The notes beneath the pieces were generated by a model, which worked only from the letters and a program-made list of their open reading frames with translations, was not told the DNA's origin and searched no databases. A DNA stretch of 64,000 bases from Opitutia bacterium (GTDB taxonomy: Bacteria; Verrucomicrobiota; Verrucomicrobiia; Opitutales; T3Sed10-336): the NCBI GenBank assembly GCA_050506795.1, contig JBJHCF010000003.1, forward strand, positions 32,001 through 96,000, read 5' to 3'. How positions within the stretch are numbered: the stretch's first letter is position 1; the number at the start of each line of letters is the position of its first letter. The position numbers and the translations under genes are program-made. Positions 20,768 through 30,100 of this stretch are shown here, piece after piece.

Positions 20768-21334
20768 ATGATTGCTTCCCGTCTATCAGTCGTTTTGTTG
20801 GTGGCCGCTCTGTTATTCGCCCGCCAAGACGTTAATGCCGATGCTCCGGTGACGTTGCAGGTCGATAAGGAAAACTCCCACATCGTGGCCCACGTCAAGG
20901 CAACCGGGCACCGGTTCGAAGCTGTTGTGACCGACTTTGAACTCGACCTTTTTTGGGATCCCGAGTCCGGCCGTATCAGCGGAGCCCGGCTGGTTTTTGA
21001 TTTCGAAGATGTCGAGACCGGTCGCTCCCGCCGGGATCGGGAGATGTTGGAATGGCTCGATCACGATACCTATCCGGAGGCGACCTTTATCCTCAATACG
21101 ATCGAGGAGGTGGACGGCGAAACGGTGGCAAGCGGAACGTTTTCGCTTTACCGGACCGAGCGCGACATTGAGTTTCCGGTCACCCTCGAGGAGAGGGACG
21201 GCGTCCTGCACGTCCGCGCCGAAACGATCCTGGATCATCGCGACTGGGAACTCGAAACGATTCGAGCCATGCTCTTCATGACGGTCGATCCCGAACTCGA
21301 AATCAAGATCGACATTCGGGCCGCGCTGCCCTGA
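20768..21334 (+). CDS. YceI family polyisoprenoid-binding protein
   Basis: Signal peptide from ATG 20768, VETGRSRRD..M...LD...YPEATF. Confidence 0.8.
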   Translation: MIASRLSVVLLVAALLFARQDVNADAPVTLQVDKENSHIVAHVKATGHRFEAVVTDFELDLFWDPESGRISGARLVFDFEDVETGRSRRDREMLEWLDHDTYPEATFILNTIEEVDGETVASGTFSLYRTERDIEFPVTLEERDGVLHVRAETILDHRDWELETIRAMLFMTVDPELEIKIDIRAALP

Positions 21335-21522
21335 GTCGTGTTTCAAGGGAATGCGGCGCAGTGCGAGATGCTCTTTGGAGTGCCCTGATCTTACCCTGCG
21401 TTGGCGAGTTTCCTTAAAATCACGTATTTTCCCGCCTGCAAATCCAGTCGGGGGTTGCCGAAAATGAAGCCGATCTCGAACGGTTCCTCAAACGCTGAAC
21501 CTGCTTAGCCGTGCCCTTCACC

Positions 21523-21545
21523 GTAGCGCCGATCTTCAGACGGCG
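21523..21545 (+). repeat. Single GTAG-type REP-like palindrome
   Basis: GTAG followed by the CGCCG(A)TCT-TC-AGA-CGGCG hairpin. Confidence 0.45.
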
Positions 21546-21615
21546 TCACCAAGCGACCGACAAACCGGCCGTGCCTCGAAACCGGAACCCGCTTCGCCCG
21601 AAGAAAGAATGGTCA

Positions 21616-21734
21616 CACGGAGGCACGGAGACACGGAGGGTAAGGCAGCAGAACCAGGAACCAGGAACCCCCAAACCGACCTTCAACCACAGATACCGCA
21701 GATGGGCACAGATTGGGGCGAGGGGCGAGGGCGA
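21616..21734. repeat. Cluster of four different short tandem-repeat motifs
   Basis: CACGGAG x3 (period 8); GAACCAG x2 plus a partial copy; C(A/G)CAGAT x3; GGGGCGA x2 plus GGGCGA. Confidence 0.8.
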
Positions 21735-21750
21735 GCGGTGGGAGACGCGA

Positions 21751-21794
21751 TCAGGACATAGGTAACACTTTGGGTTCAGGACATGGGTAACACT
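21751..21794 (+). mobile_element. Probable IS481-family terminal repeat remnant (no transposase)
   Basis: Two direct copies of TCAGGACAT(A/G)GGTAACACT at 21751-21769 and 21776-21794, resembling the repeated transposase-binding boxes of IS481-type ends. No terminal TGT is visible. Confidence 0.5.
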
Positions 21795-21936
21795 CTATCG
21801 TTGCGATTATGCCATATCAGCATGGTCTGGTTATTGATAAATACGGGCTTGCAATGTTCGATGTTCTTGTCGAACGAGGTACGTCGGGCGGTTCAACGTA
21901 ACGAGCGAATGAGATTGATATGAATGTGCGGCCTTA

Positions 21937-22269
21937 ATGGTAATTTTCACCAGTGATAACGGCCCTGAGTCGATTGCGTACGAGCGTAATCTAAATCATG
22001 GACACTACATACATAACACCTATCGCAACGCGTATGCGATCAGGCATGATGAATGGCTTCTTATCGCCGCTGAAACGGGTGGGATTTCTGACGTTCCCTC
22101 CTGGTTTGATGAAGAGAGAGGCTACGTTAAGAACGAATATCCGGGCGAACTCTATAACCTCGTGAACGACCTGGGACAGAAGCACAACCTGTATGGTGAG
22201 AAGCCTGATAAGGTGGAGGAGTTGACCGTGCTTTTGAAAGAAATTAGGACTAAAGGCCAAGTGCGTTGA
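21937..22269 (+). pseudogene. Arylsulfatase remnant with N-terminal loss and internal deletion
   Basis: VIFTSDNGPE is joined almost directly to the C-terminal YAIR...ELYNLVNDLGQKHNL...PDKV. No CxPxR motif and no KxxxYEGG segment. Confidence 0.75.
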
Positions 22270-22284
22270 TACCCCCTTGTTATT

Positions 22285-23274
22285 GTGCAGAGAGCTGAGA
22301 TCCGACAGGACGACTTCGATTTTGCTCGCATCTATTGCGGTCGTCATTGGTCTGAAATAGACGGAGAGCGTATCCACGTCACCGAGCGAAACGCGCAGGA
22401 TTCACTCGAGTTTCTGAGAGAACGTCCGGCCGATCAGCCTTTTGTGCTCAGCCTTTCCTTTTTTGCTCCCCACGCCGAGGACTCCGCGGAAGAGCAATAT
22501 CTGCCGCAGGACTGGAGTGCGAAATACTATGAAGGCGTGAAAATACCCGAGTCGGAGACGATGGATGTAGCCTACCTGGAGGCGCTGCCGGAATTTCTGT
22601 CCCACGAGTCCAACGAAGGACGAGTCCGTTTTCATTGGCGTTTCGATACGCCGGAGCGATATCAGGAATACATGACAAACTATTTCCGTCTCATCACGGA
22701 GGTGGATGAAGCGGTCGGGCGACTCATTGCGGAGCTCAAGGAGCAAGGGGTGTATGAAAACACCTTGATCATTTTCATGGGTGACAATGGCTATTTTTAC
22801 GCCGATCGCGGTCTGGCGGACAAGTGGTATCCGTATGAGGAGTCGATTCGGGTTCCTTTGATCGTATACGACCCCCGGTTGCCGGCGGAGGAACGTGGAA
22901 TCACCCGGGATGAAATGGTTCTGAACATTGATTTGGCGCCAACCATCCTTGCGGCCGCGGGCTTACCGGTTCCGGAGGTTGTGCAAGGCGAAGATCTGGC
23001 GCCGCTTTATCTGAGTGCTGAGCGCCCGCAGTGGCGCGAGGAGTTTTTATATGAGCATCCGACCATCACCAACAGGAATCGTATTCCAACGTCACACGCC
23101 GTGGTGCGACGGGACCTGAAATACGCCCATTGGCCGGAGTGGGACTATGAGCAGCTCTTCGATTTGCGGGTGGACCCTACAGAGAAGTCGAACCAAGTGG
23201 ACAACCCCGCTTACGCGAGCGAATTGACGGAAATGCGGCAGCGGTTGGCAGAGTTGCTGGAGGCTGCGAAATGA
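22285..23274 (+). pseudogene. N-terminally truncated sulfatase
   Basis: FFAPH, NTLIIFMGDNG, GLADKWYPYEESIRVP and LFDLRVDPTE are present. Signal peptide and C/SxPxR active-site motif are absent. Confidence 0.8.
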
Positions 23275-23401
23275 TCCTGTTTATCGAACGCAAACCCAGC
23301 CGAAGTCGGGTGAAAGCGATTCTTTGTTGGTTCGAATAGGAATCTCCTGAAAACCACGCAAGCCAGGGAGTTAATATGAAGAAATGGAACATGAGCCCAG
23401 G

Positions 23402-23557
23402 ACCGGGAACGGCGATCTCAATAATCAGGGCACGCACGAACTCGACATCGCCCGATGGGCGCTCGATCCCGAGATGCATGATCGTCATCCCACCCGTGTC
23501 ATGTCCCTCGGTGGACGTTATGTCTGGGATGACCAGGGGGAGACCCCGAACAAGTGA
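23402..23557 (+). pseudogene. Internal fragment of a Gfo/Idh/MocA oxidoreductase (not in the ORF track)
   Basis: Hand translation TGNGDLNNQGTHELDIARWALDP...PTRVMSLGGRYVWDDQGETPNK* matches the catalytic H..D region of PVC Gfo/Idh/MocA proteins. Confidence 0.75.
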
Positions 23558-23650
23558 ATGCGAGTATGCACGAAGGCCATTACGCGAGCGCTCTGGGGCA
23601 CCTGATGAATAATTCCTGCCGGCTCGGCGTGGAAAAACCGTTTTCCCGCG

Positions 23651-23974
23651 ATGCATTCCCCTCCGAGTATGCTTCGGCAGCTTTATGAGCAACAGCAGGC
23701 CTGCCGGCCCGAAGACATCAATGATGGGCGCGTCTACGGCCCCGATCTTGATTACGAGGAAGCCGACGAGCGGCCCGGCCCCTCCGCATGGATCGACGGA
23801 GAGTGGAAGTTACATCGCCGCGCTGGCGATCACTTGCTGTTCCACCTCGGCGACGATGAGGGGGAGCAAAACAACCTGATTGATCGACACCCCGAGCGCG
23901 CTGAGCAAATGCGAATCGAACTCCACCAGTGGGAAGAATCGGTCATACGCAGCATGCGCGGCGAGGATTACTGA
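23651..23974 (+). pseudogene. C-terminal sulfatase fragment
   Basis: SAWIDGEWKLH...LFHLGDDEGEQNNLIDRHPERAEQM...WEESV is a sulfatase C-terminal pattern. Confidence 0.65.
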
Positions 23975-24312
23975 GTGAATGTCATCGTGCTTCCCAGGCC
24001 GGATGCTGGGCATCTCGGCGCGCCGATATCGACCTTATCGGTCAGGAACAAAAGTCTGCCGCGAGTGAACCGCGAGGTTTCTTCGACTGGCTCAGCCTGC
24101 GGATTCCGATCGGCGGACGCATGCAAGGAAAGCAAACCTGCGAGGGTTTGAAGAGAACCGGACCACCGATGGAGCAAAAAGAACGATTCGCTGTAACGGC
24201 CGAGTCGGACTGATTCACGATCAGCGAGCTTTGCCGCCGCCGGGGAAGAAATTTTGTGGGAAACCTAGGGCTTTTTGGGCCTTTCCGAGTAGTCTGAACA
24301 GTGAAAGGTAGA

Positions 24313-24342
24313 GGGCCATTCACCCTTACGGATGAATGGCCC
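24313..24342 (-). terminator. Hairpin just downstream of the 24357 stop
   Basis: Perfect 10-bp stem GGGCCATTCA/TGAATGGCCC. Confidence 0.55.
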
Positions 24343-24356
24343 GGGCCACACGGATT

Positions 24357-24488
24357 TTATTTTTTCTTCACCGCTGTTCCCGTTTGCTGAAAAAGGGCAA
24401 GGTGCTTTTTCCTCTTTTTCGCTTTTTTCGTTTTTGTCTGCTCATGCGCAGCCTTTTTATTGATCGCTTTCGGAGATTTGTCACCCAT
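24357..24488 (-). CDS. Possible separate 43-aa Lys-rich small protein (MGDKSPK...), in frame with the DUF2179 ORF
   Basis: Own Shine-Dalgarno-like GAAAGGAA 6 nt upstream of ATG 24488; composition unrelated to DUF2179. Confidence 0.5.
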   Translation of the reverse strand: MGDKSPKAINKKAAHEQTKTKKAKKRKKHLALFQQTGTAVKKK

Positions 24489-25136
24489 GTCTAATTTCCT
24501 TTCGTGTCTTGTTGTGTTGGTTTGTGTTGCCGTTTCATCCGGCAAGATTTTCACGTTTGTCTCAAGTCTCGTTCCATTGAGACTTCCGGCTGGGGTAAGA
24601 TTCTTCATCCATGACCCCGCTCCCACCGTTCGAACATCTTCGATTGTGTAAAAGGGAACGGGTTGCAGGGACCTGATAAACTTCAAAAGATCCTTTAGTC
24701 TGCGGCGCTCGGATACTATCAGAAATATCTCAACGCCTCCCTTGGATCCGGCCGCCTGAACCGAGGTAACACCATAGGATCTCTCGCTGAGTCCCTGCAA
24801 CAATCCCGAAGACCCTCCAACGGTTATGACACGAACGATCTGGTACCCTAATGCCAGTTTTTCTTCAATCAACATGCCAACGTACGTACCCGCCGAGACG
24901 CCTCCAGCCCAGGCAATGAAACACGCCCAGTTGTTAAGGTTTTGCATGACCTGGGTGATTGCGATGAGCCAAATGCTTACCTCAATGAATGCCAGGCCCG
25001 GAACCAATAGTCGAAATCCTTTGTAGATTAGAATTTGGCGTAATGTTGCCAGGGTCACATCGATAAGCCTCGCAAAGAATATCAAACCGGGCATCAAAAC
25101 CCAGGAGATGTAGTCGAAATTGAAAAAGGAATCCAT
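24357..25136 (-). CDS. DUF2179/DUF5698 (UPF0316, YebE-like) membrane protein with an atypical basic C-terminal extension
   Basis: IFFARLIDVTLATLR, FIEVSIWL, GTYVGMLIEEKLALG, YGVT, FYTIEDVR. Confidence 0.85.
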   Translation of the reverse strand: MDSFFNFDYISWVLMPGLIFFARLIDVTLATLRQILIYKGFRLLVPGLAFIEVSIWLIAITQVMQNLNNWACFIAWAGGVSAGTYVGMLIEEKLALGYQIVRVITVGGSSGLLQGLSERSYGVTSVQAAGSKGGVEIFLIVSERRRLKDLLKFIRSLQPVPFYTIEDVRTVGAGSWMKNLTPAGSLNGTRLETNVKILPDETATQTNTTRHERKLDMGDKSPKAINKKAAHEQTKTKKAKKRKKHLALFQQTGTAVKKK

Positions 25137-25572
25137 CGATGCTTTATGCAAAACCAATAATGAAGAATCTATTTCCGGCTAATCTAAGAAACCGGTGACC
25201 GCATAACCTATCTTCAGGTGGATAGTTCAGGAACCACCTGAATACCGTCACCCTACAGGTATTAAGAGCACAATGCCTCAACGCTCGAGGGCTGACTCAT
25301 GAAGACCATCAAGCGGCCATGAGCCTGCACCTCCAGTCCGCGGCACCTGAGTGCCGATAGACAGGCGAATGTGCGCCAGCGCGAGTGAATTAGCGTAATT
25401 CCGGTTCGAGCCGGAAAGTGGGGAAGGTGGCCCGATGATCTCAGGGGAGGGTGCAATTGGAGCGTAACACCCTCGCTGCCGCGATCATCGGGATAGCGGA
25501 AGGAAGATCAAACTGAACGCTCCGTGAACAAGCCGATAAAGAATAAACAGCGATAAACTCATTCGAATTATG

Positions 25573-25600
25573 ATTTTATCCCTTTCGTCTCGTATGTCAA
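25573..25600 (-). promoter_or_regulatory. Sigma70-type promoter
   Basis: Minus strand reads TTGACA-16 nt-TAAAAT. Confidence 0.6.
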
Positions 25601-25731
25601 ATGGAAAGATGATCGATTTACCGAATGTATGGTGTTTGGTCGGGGTGAAGATTCAAAGTCTTCCATAAGCCCGCAGGTGTGGCGTTGATCTGGCCGCCGT
25701 TGTGTAGAATTCAATACCCAACGCATCCCCC

Positions 25732-26218
25732 TTAGTCCGGCGGCGGACCGACCTCAATCTCCACTTCCGTTCTCTGCCCGGCCTGCAACGACACGTTGCG
25801 GTAGCTCACCCAGCGGAAGGGCCGCGTTTGAAGGATCACGGATTCGAGTTCATCGAGAGGGATTGTAAAAGGGTAAGATGGAGGGATTGATACGTTCCGC
25901 ACCTTGGACCGCGCTTGATCCCACATCGTTACCCCGCGAATCCGCTCTCACCCCGTCCGTCTCAATTGCAACCTCCACGGGCCCCGTCTCCACCGCATGC
26001 ACGACCGGGTTGACCGTTTTTACCTGCACAACCGACCAACCGGGCAACACAAGCGACAACACCGGCAACGCCAGCACACCCGCCACCGCAGCGGTCCAGA
26101 CCAGATGCCGCGCCGCCGCCGAACTTTTCCGCATACCAAGGACCGCGACCGATGCGACAGACAGGATAACGGCACCCTTAATCAGAATATCGAAAAAGAA
26201 AAAAGTCAGGTTTTGCAT
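25732..26218 (-). pseudogene. Internally deleted BlaR1/M56-family sensor
   Basis: N-terminal ...SAAARHLVWTAAVAGVLALPVL directly downstream of blaI; no HExxH. A different frame (25732-25926) encodes QTRPFRWVSYRNVSLQAG, probably the original C-terminus. Confidence 0.75.
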
Positions 26219-26264
26219 GGGAGACCCGGGTTAAGTGACACTCGCGATAAATTCATCCTTCCGC

Positions 26265-26672
26265 TCAGTTTCCTTTGCGTTCGGCCTCCTCGATCATCTT
26301 TTTGAGGCGCTGCAGTTCTTCTTCGGAAACACCCGCATTCTTCTGGGCCAGGTAGGCGCCGACCGCGTTTTCAAGCGAGCCGTCGAAGAACGTTTCGAGA
26401 ACGCGCTGCAGCGCGGACCGTCCCACCCGGACGCGTTCGGCGCGCGGACTGTACACGTGCTCGCGACCCGCCTTGCGGCGTTTGACCAGCCCCTTGTCGC
26501 CAAGGATCTTCAACATCGTCCTCACCGCGGTGTGCGCCGGCGGATCGGGCAATGCGGGTTGAAGTTCGTTCACACTGACCTCGCCCCGCACGTAGAGAAA
26601 GTCCATGATCTGGCGTTCTCGCCGGGTCAAGTGGAGATGCGTGTCGGATTTGGAGGAGACCGATTTTTTCAT
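26265..26672 (-). CDS. BlaI/MecI/CopY family transcriptional repressor
   Basis: LTRRERQIMDFLY, AVRTMLKIL.DKGLV, FFDGS, EEELQRLKKMI. Confidence 0.92.
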   Translation of the reverse strand: MKKSVSSKSDTHLHLTRRERQIMDFLYVRGEVSVNELQPALPDPPAHTAVRTMLKILGDKGLVKRRKAGREHVYSPRAERVRVGRSALQRVLETFFDGSLENAVGAYLAQKNAGVSEEELQRLKKMIEEAERKGN

Positions 26673-26675
26673 TTC

Positions 26676-26730
26676 GCCAAAGTTTTAGCGAACATGGCGG
26701 AATATCAACACAAAATGCTAAATTTTTAGC
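26676..26730. promoter_or_regulatory. Two palindromic operator boxes upstream of blaI
   Basis: GCTAAA-TT-TTTAGC (26717-26730) and GCCAAA-GT-TTTAGC (26676-26689). Confidence 0.65.
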
Positions 26731-27068
26731 GAAATTTTTCTGATAAACTATTGGTTGACTCTTTTCGATGTGATGCTCGAGGGAGGGGTCGGAAGGAGTC
26801 CCTGCTTCTGCTGTTCGTTAAAACGTGTGCCATTCGTGGTTCGAGGTCGCGCGGAGTGAGGTCGCCGGATTGAAGAATAGACAACGGGAGGAATTTGCCT
26901 CAGACAGAGAAGGCGGCGATGAACGCGGCGAAACAAGAGAATCATTGATCCATGTATCGCTTGACCGCAAAGTGGTACTCGGGCCGATTGGCTACCTCTT
27001 CAAGGGGGCGTGGTGGACGGTCGAAAAGTTGTTTGTGATCCGAAGATAGTCCGCGTTCACCGCATAAA

Positions 27069-27151
27069 ACAGGTGACGCGGACATTCCTGTCTGCGAGGT
27101 CTCGGCGTGAGACGGGCGGGAGGGACAGACAGGAATGTCTGTGTCACCTGT
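27069..27151. repeat. REPIN-like inverted repeat
   Basis: 26-bp arms 27069-27094 and 27126-27151 are 24/26 complementary (GACATTCCTGTCTG core), with an inner GTCTC/GAGAC hairpin. Confidence 0.8.
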
Positions 27152-27152
27152 G

Positions 27153-30100
27153 CTAATCCAGGCTGGCCAGATAGGCGAGGAGATCCCGGATTTCGCGTTT
27201 GGTGAGGACGGGTTCGACCGAGGGCATGGAGGAGGGGGCGTCGATGCGTTCGGCCACCTCGGTCCGGGCGATCGACCTGACTTCTCCGCCGACATCCATT
27301 ACCAGATGGGAGTCGGATTCTTCGCGCAGGATGCCAATGATTCTTTCGCCGTCCTGGAGATCGAGGCTGACGATGCCATAGCCGGGAGTGATACGGGCGT
27401 TGGGGGCAACCAGCGCCTGCAGAATCTCCTCGCGAGTGGAGCGTGCGCCAAGGTTGGTGAGATCCGGTCCGGCGTCACCTCCGCGCCCCTGGATGGCGTG
27501 ACAACGCACGCAGGAGGCGGCTGGATGGTCGCGGAATATTTGTCTCCCGGTGGCGATGTGCCCACCGTAGAGGGTTTCCGCAAAGGCGGCGACGGCATTG
27601 TCACCCTCAAGGGTCGCACGGTATTCGACCAGCGCTTCAATCAGCGGTGGGTGTTCGGTGGCTTCAGCCGCTTCGATGAGATCGAGATGGAGTTCCACGG
27701 GCAAATCACGGGCCACAAGTTGTGCCAGATAGGTTTCGAGGTGAGCGAAGGCGCGCTCGTTGCCCAGCCGGCCGAGGGCCGACAGAGCGGTTTGTTGTTC
27801 GCGCAGGGATCCTTCCTCGACCACGTCCGCCAGCAGGTTGGCCAGTTCGGGCCCCCCGTAGTCGAGGGAGGGGGCCAGGTTCAAGGCGGCACGACGGACA
27901 TCGCTGTTGGCGTCGGCCATGGCCCGCTCCACGGCGTCGGGCAGGAGATCACTCTCCATCCGATTCAGGGCGTTCAGCGCCGCGGCACGGACGCTGGAGG
28001 AGCCGTCTTCGCGCAGCAGGGTCATCAGGAGCGGCGCCGCGTCCCGGACCGCCAGCCGGCCGGCCACCTCGATGGCGGCGGCGCGAACGGCGGAGTTGGG
28101 CTCGGCGGTGAGAAGGTATTCCATTTCGGCGCTCACGGCGTCACGGGCCAGGGCGGGATCGTTTTCCAGCGGCCCGCGATGCCAGCCGTCGACCCGATCC
28201 AGAATCGAAGGTGCGGGCCAGACGGCCAAGACGTCCAGGGCTTCCACCCGCATGGTTTCCGGGGCATCCGGGCGCACCGCGTAGGCGGCCAGCCGACGGG
28301 CGGCGGCCTGGTCCCCGACCCGGAGATTGGCGTTGATGGCGCGACGGAGCAGCGGTTCCCGGGTGAAGCGTTCCTCTTCAAGGGTCCGCGCCAGTTCGGG
28401 AAGGGCGGCGGGGATGGAGCGGTCGTCGTTGATGGCGCGGGCGGCTTCGACCACGACCAGTTCGTCTTCGTCAGACAAAAACGCCGCCACGCCGGGGGCC
28501 TCCATGCGACGCAGAGCCACCACCGAAGCGATACGCAGGGCCCGCGACGGGTGATCAGCGTAGGCGGTCAGCGGTTGCGCCCGGCCGATGCGGGCCAGGG
28601 CGATGGCCCCGCCGTGGCGGAGGTAGGCGTCCCGGTCATCGTTCTCCACCAGCATCTCGGCGATTGCCTCGAGAGCCGGGCCGTGGCCGATCCGTCCGAT
28701 GGCTTCGGTGGCGAAGAACTTCGGGCGGCTGTGTTCGTCGCGCAGCAGGCCGATCAGGGCCTCTCCGGCGCCTTCGTGCCGCACGTCTCCCAAAACCCGG
28801 GCGGTTTGAGCGCGGATTTCCGGATCTTCGTCGGCGAGGAAAGGAATCAGATGGCCGGCCAGATCGTTTCCGGCACGAATCATTTGTCCCAGGCCCCAGA
28901 GGCCGTGAATGCGGGCCAGTTGATGTTCGCTCTGCTCCACTGCGGCGAGCAGGGCGGCGCTTCCCGGTTCCTCGCGGCGCGCCAGTTCGAACTGGGCCTT
29001 CTGCCGCACGCGCATATCGGGGTGGTGCAACAAAGGGGCCAGAGCCCCAATCTCCCGTTCACTGAAATCTTCGCGGATCAGGGTTTCCGTTTCCCGTCGG
29101 AGGTCGGACCCCCGGGTCTCCGGAGTATCCAGCTTCCAGATTCGTCCGGCGCCGTTCATTCCCCAGCCTGAGATCCAGTCGGCGAAGTACAGCGCGCCGT
29201 CGGGCGCGAAGGCCAGGCTGGTGGGCAGCAGGCCGGACAGGAGGGTGTGTTGTTCCGCCAGTTCAAAGCCGGCGCCGGCCTCCTCCAGGCTGAAGGCGAC
29301 AATGCGCGATTGCGGAGGTGAGCCGACAAAGTGGGTGACGAAAAAATGGTCTTTCCATTCCTCGGTGAAGGCGGTGCCGGGGTTGTAGGCGAAGCCCGAA
29401 GGGCCGGAGCGGAACGCGGCGATCGGGGGGAGAATGTAGGCGGCCTGATCTTCGAAGCGCGGCCGAAAGAGTTCCTCGTCCATCCACACCTTGTAACTGT
29501 TGTTCGCCGGGTCGCCGTATTTGCCGAATTGCCAGTTGATACGCCAACCGCTGTCGGAACCGTTGACCAGGTAAACAAAACGTTCGTGTTCGCCGCCGTG
29601 GTCGCCGTCGTTGTCGACCGAAACCAGGTTTCCGTACTGGTCGAAAGCGAATTCGTGCGTGTTGCGCAAACCGCTGGCGAAGACCTCGAAGTCGCTGCCG
29701 TCCGGATTGGCACGCATGATGACGCCGGTGTTGGGGTATTCCCAGCGGGTCCCGTCGGGGGCTTCCACGTTGATGCCGTAGTCGCCGATGGCCCAATAGA
29801 TGCGACCGTCGGGGCCGACCACCGGACCGGAGAGGCCGTGACCGGAGAACCCGATGTGCACCCCGAACCCGTGAGCAATCGATGCCTTTTCGTCGGCCCA
29901 CCCGTCGCCGGTGGTATCGCGCAGCCGCCAGAGGTCGGGTGCGACCGTCACGTAGACGTCGTCGCCATAGGCGAGCACGCCGGCCGCGATGTCGGAAACC
30001 TCGTCATTGAATCCCTCATACAGCACCTGGGACCGGTCGGCCAGGCCGTCGCCGCTGGTGTCTTCGATCCGGAAAACCCGTTCCTGCAGCACGGTGAGAT

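Noticed and set aside
21616..21794. Repeats as a CRISPR array
   Set aside because: Units are 7-19 nt, lack unique 30-40 nt spacers, and no cas genes are present.
25399..25416. GGTTCGAG hairpin as a tRNA T-arm
   Set aside because: The loop is 6 nt, and no acceptor, D or anticodon arms can be built around it.
26825..27049. 74-aa ORF between blaI and the REPIN
   Set aside because: No recognisable motif or ribosome-binding site; it may be another fragment but cannot be supported.
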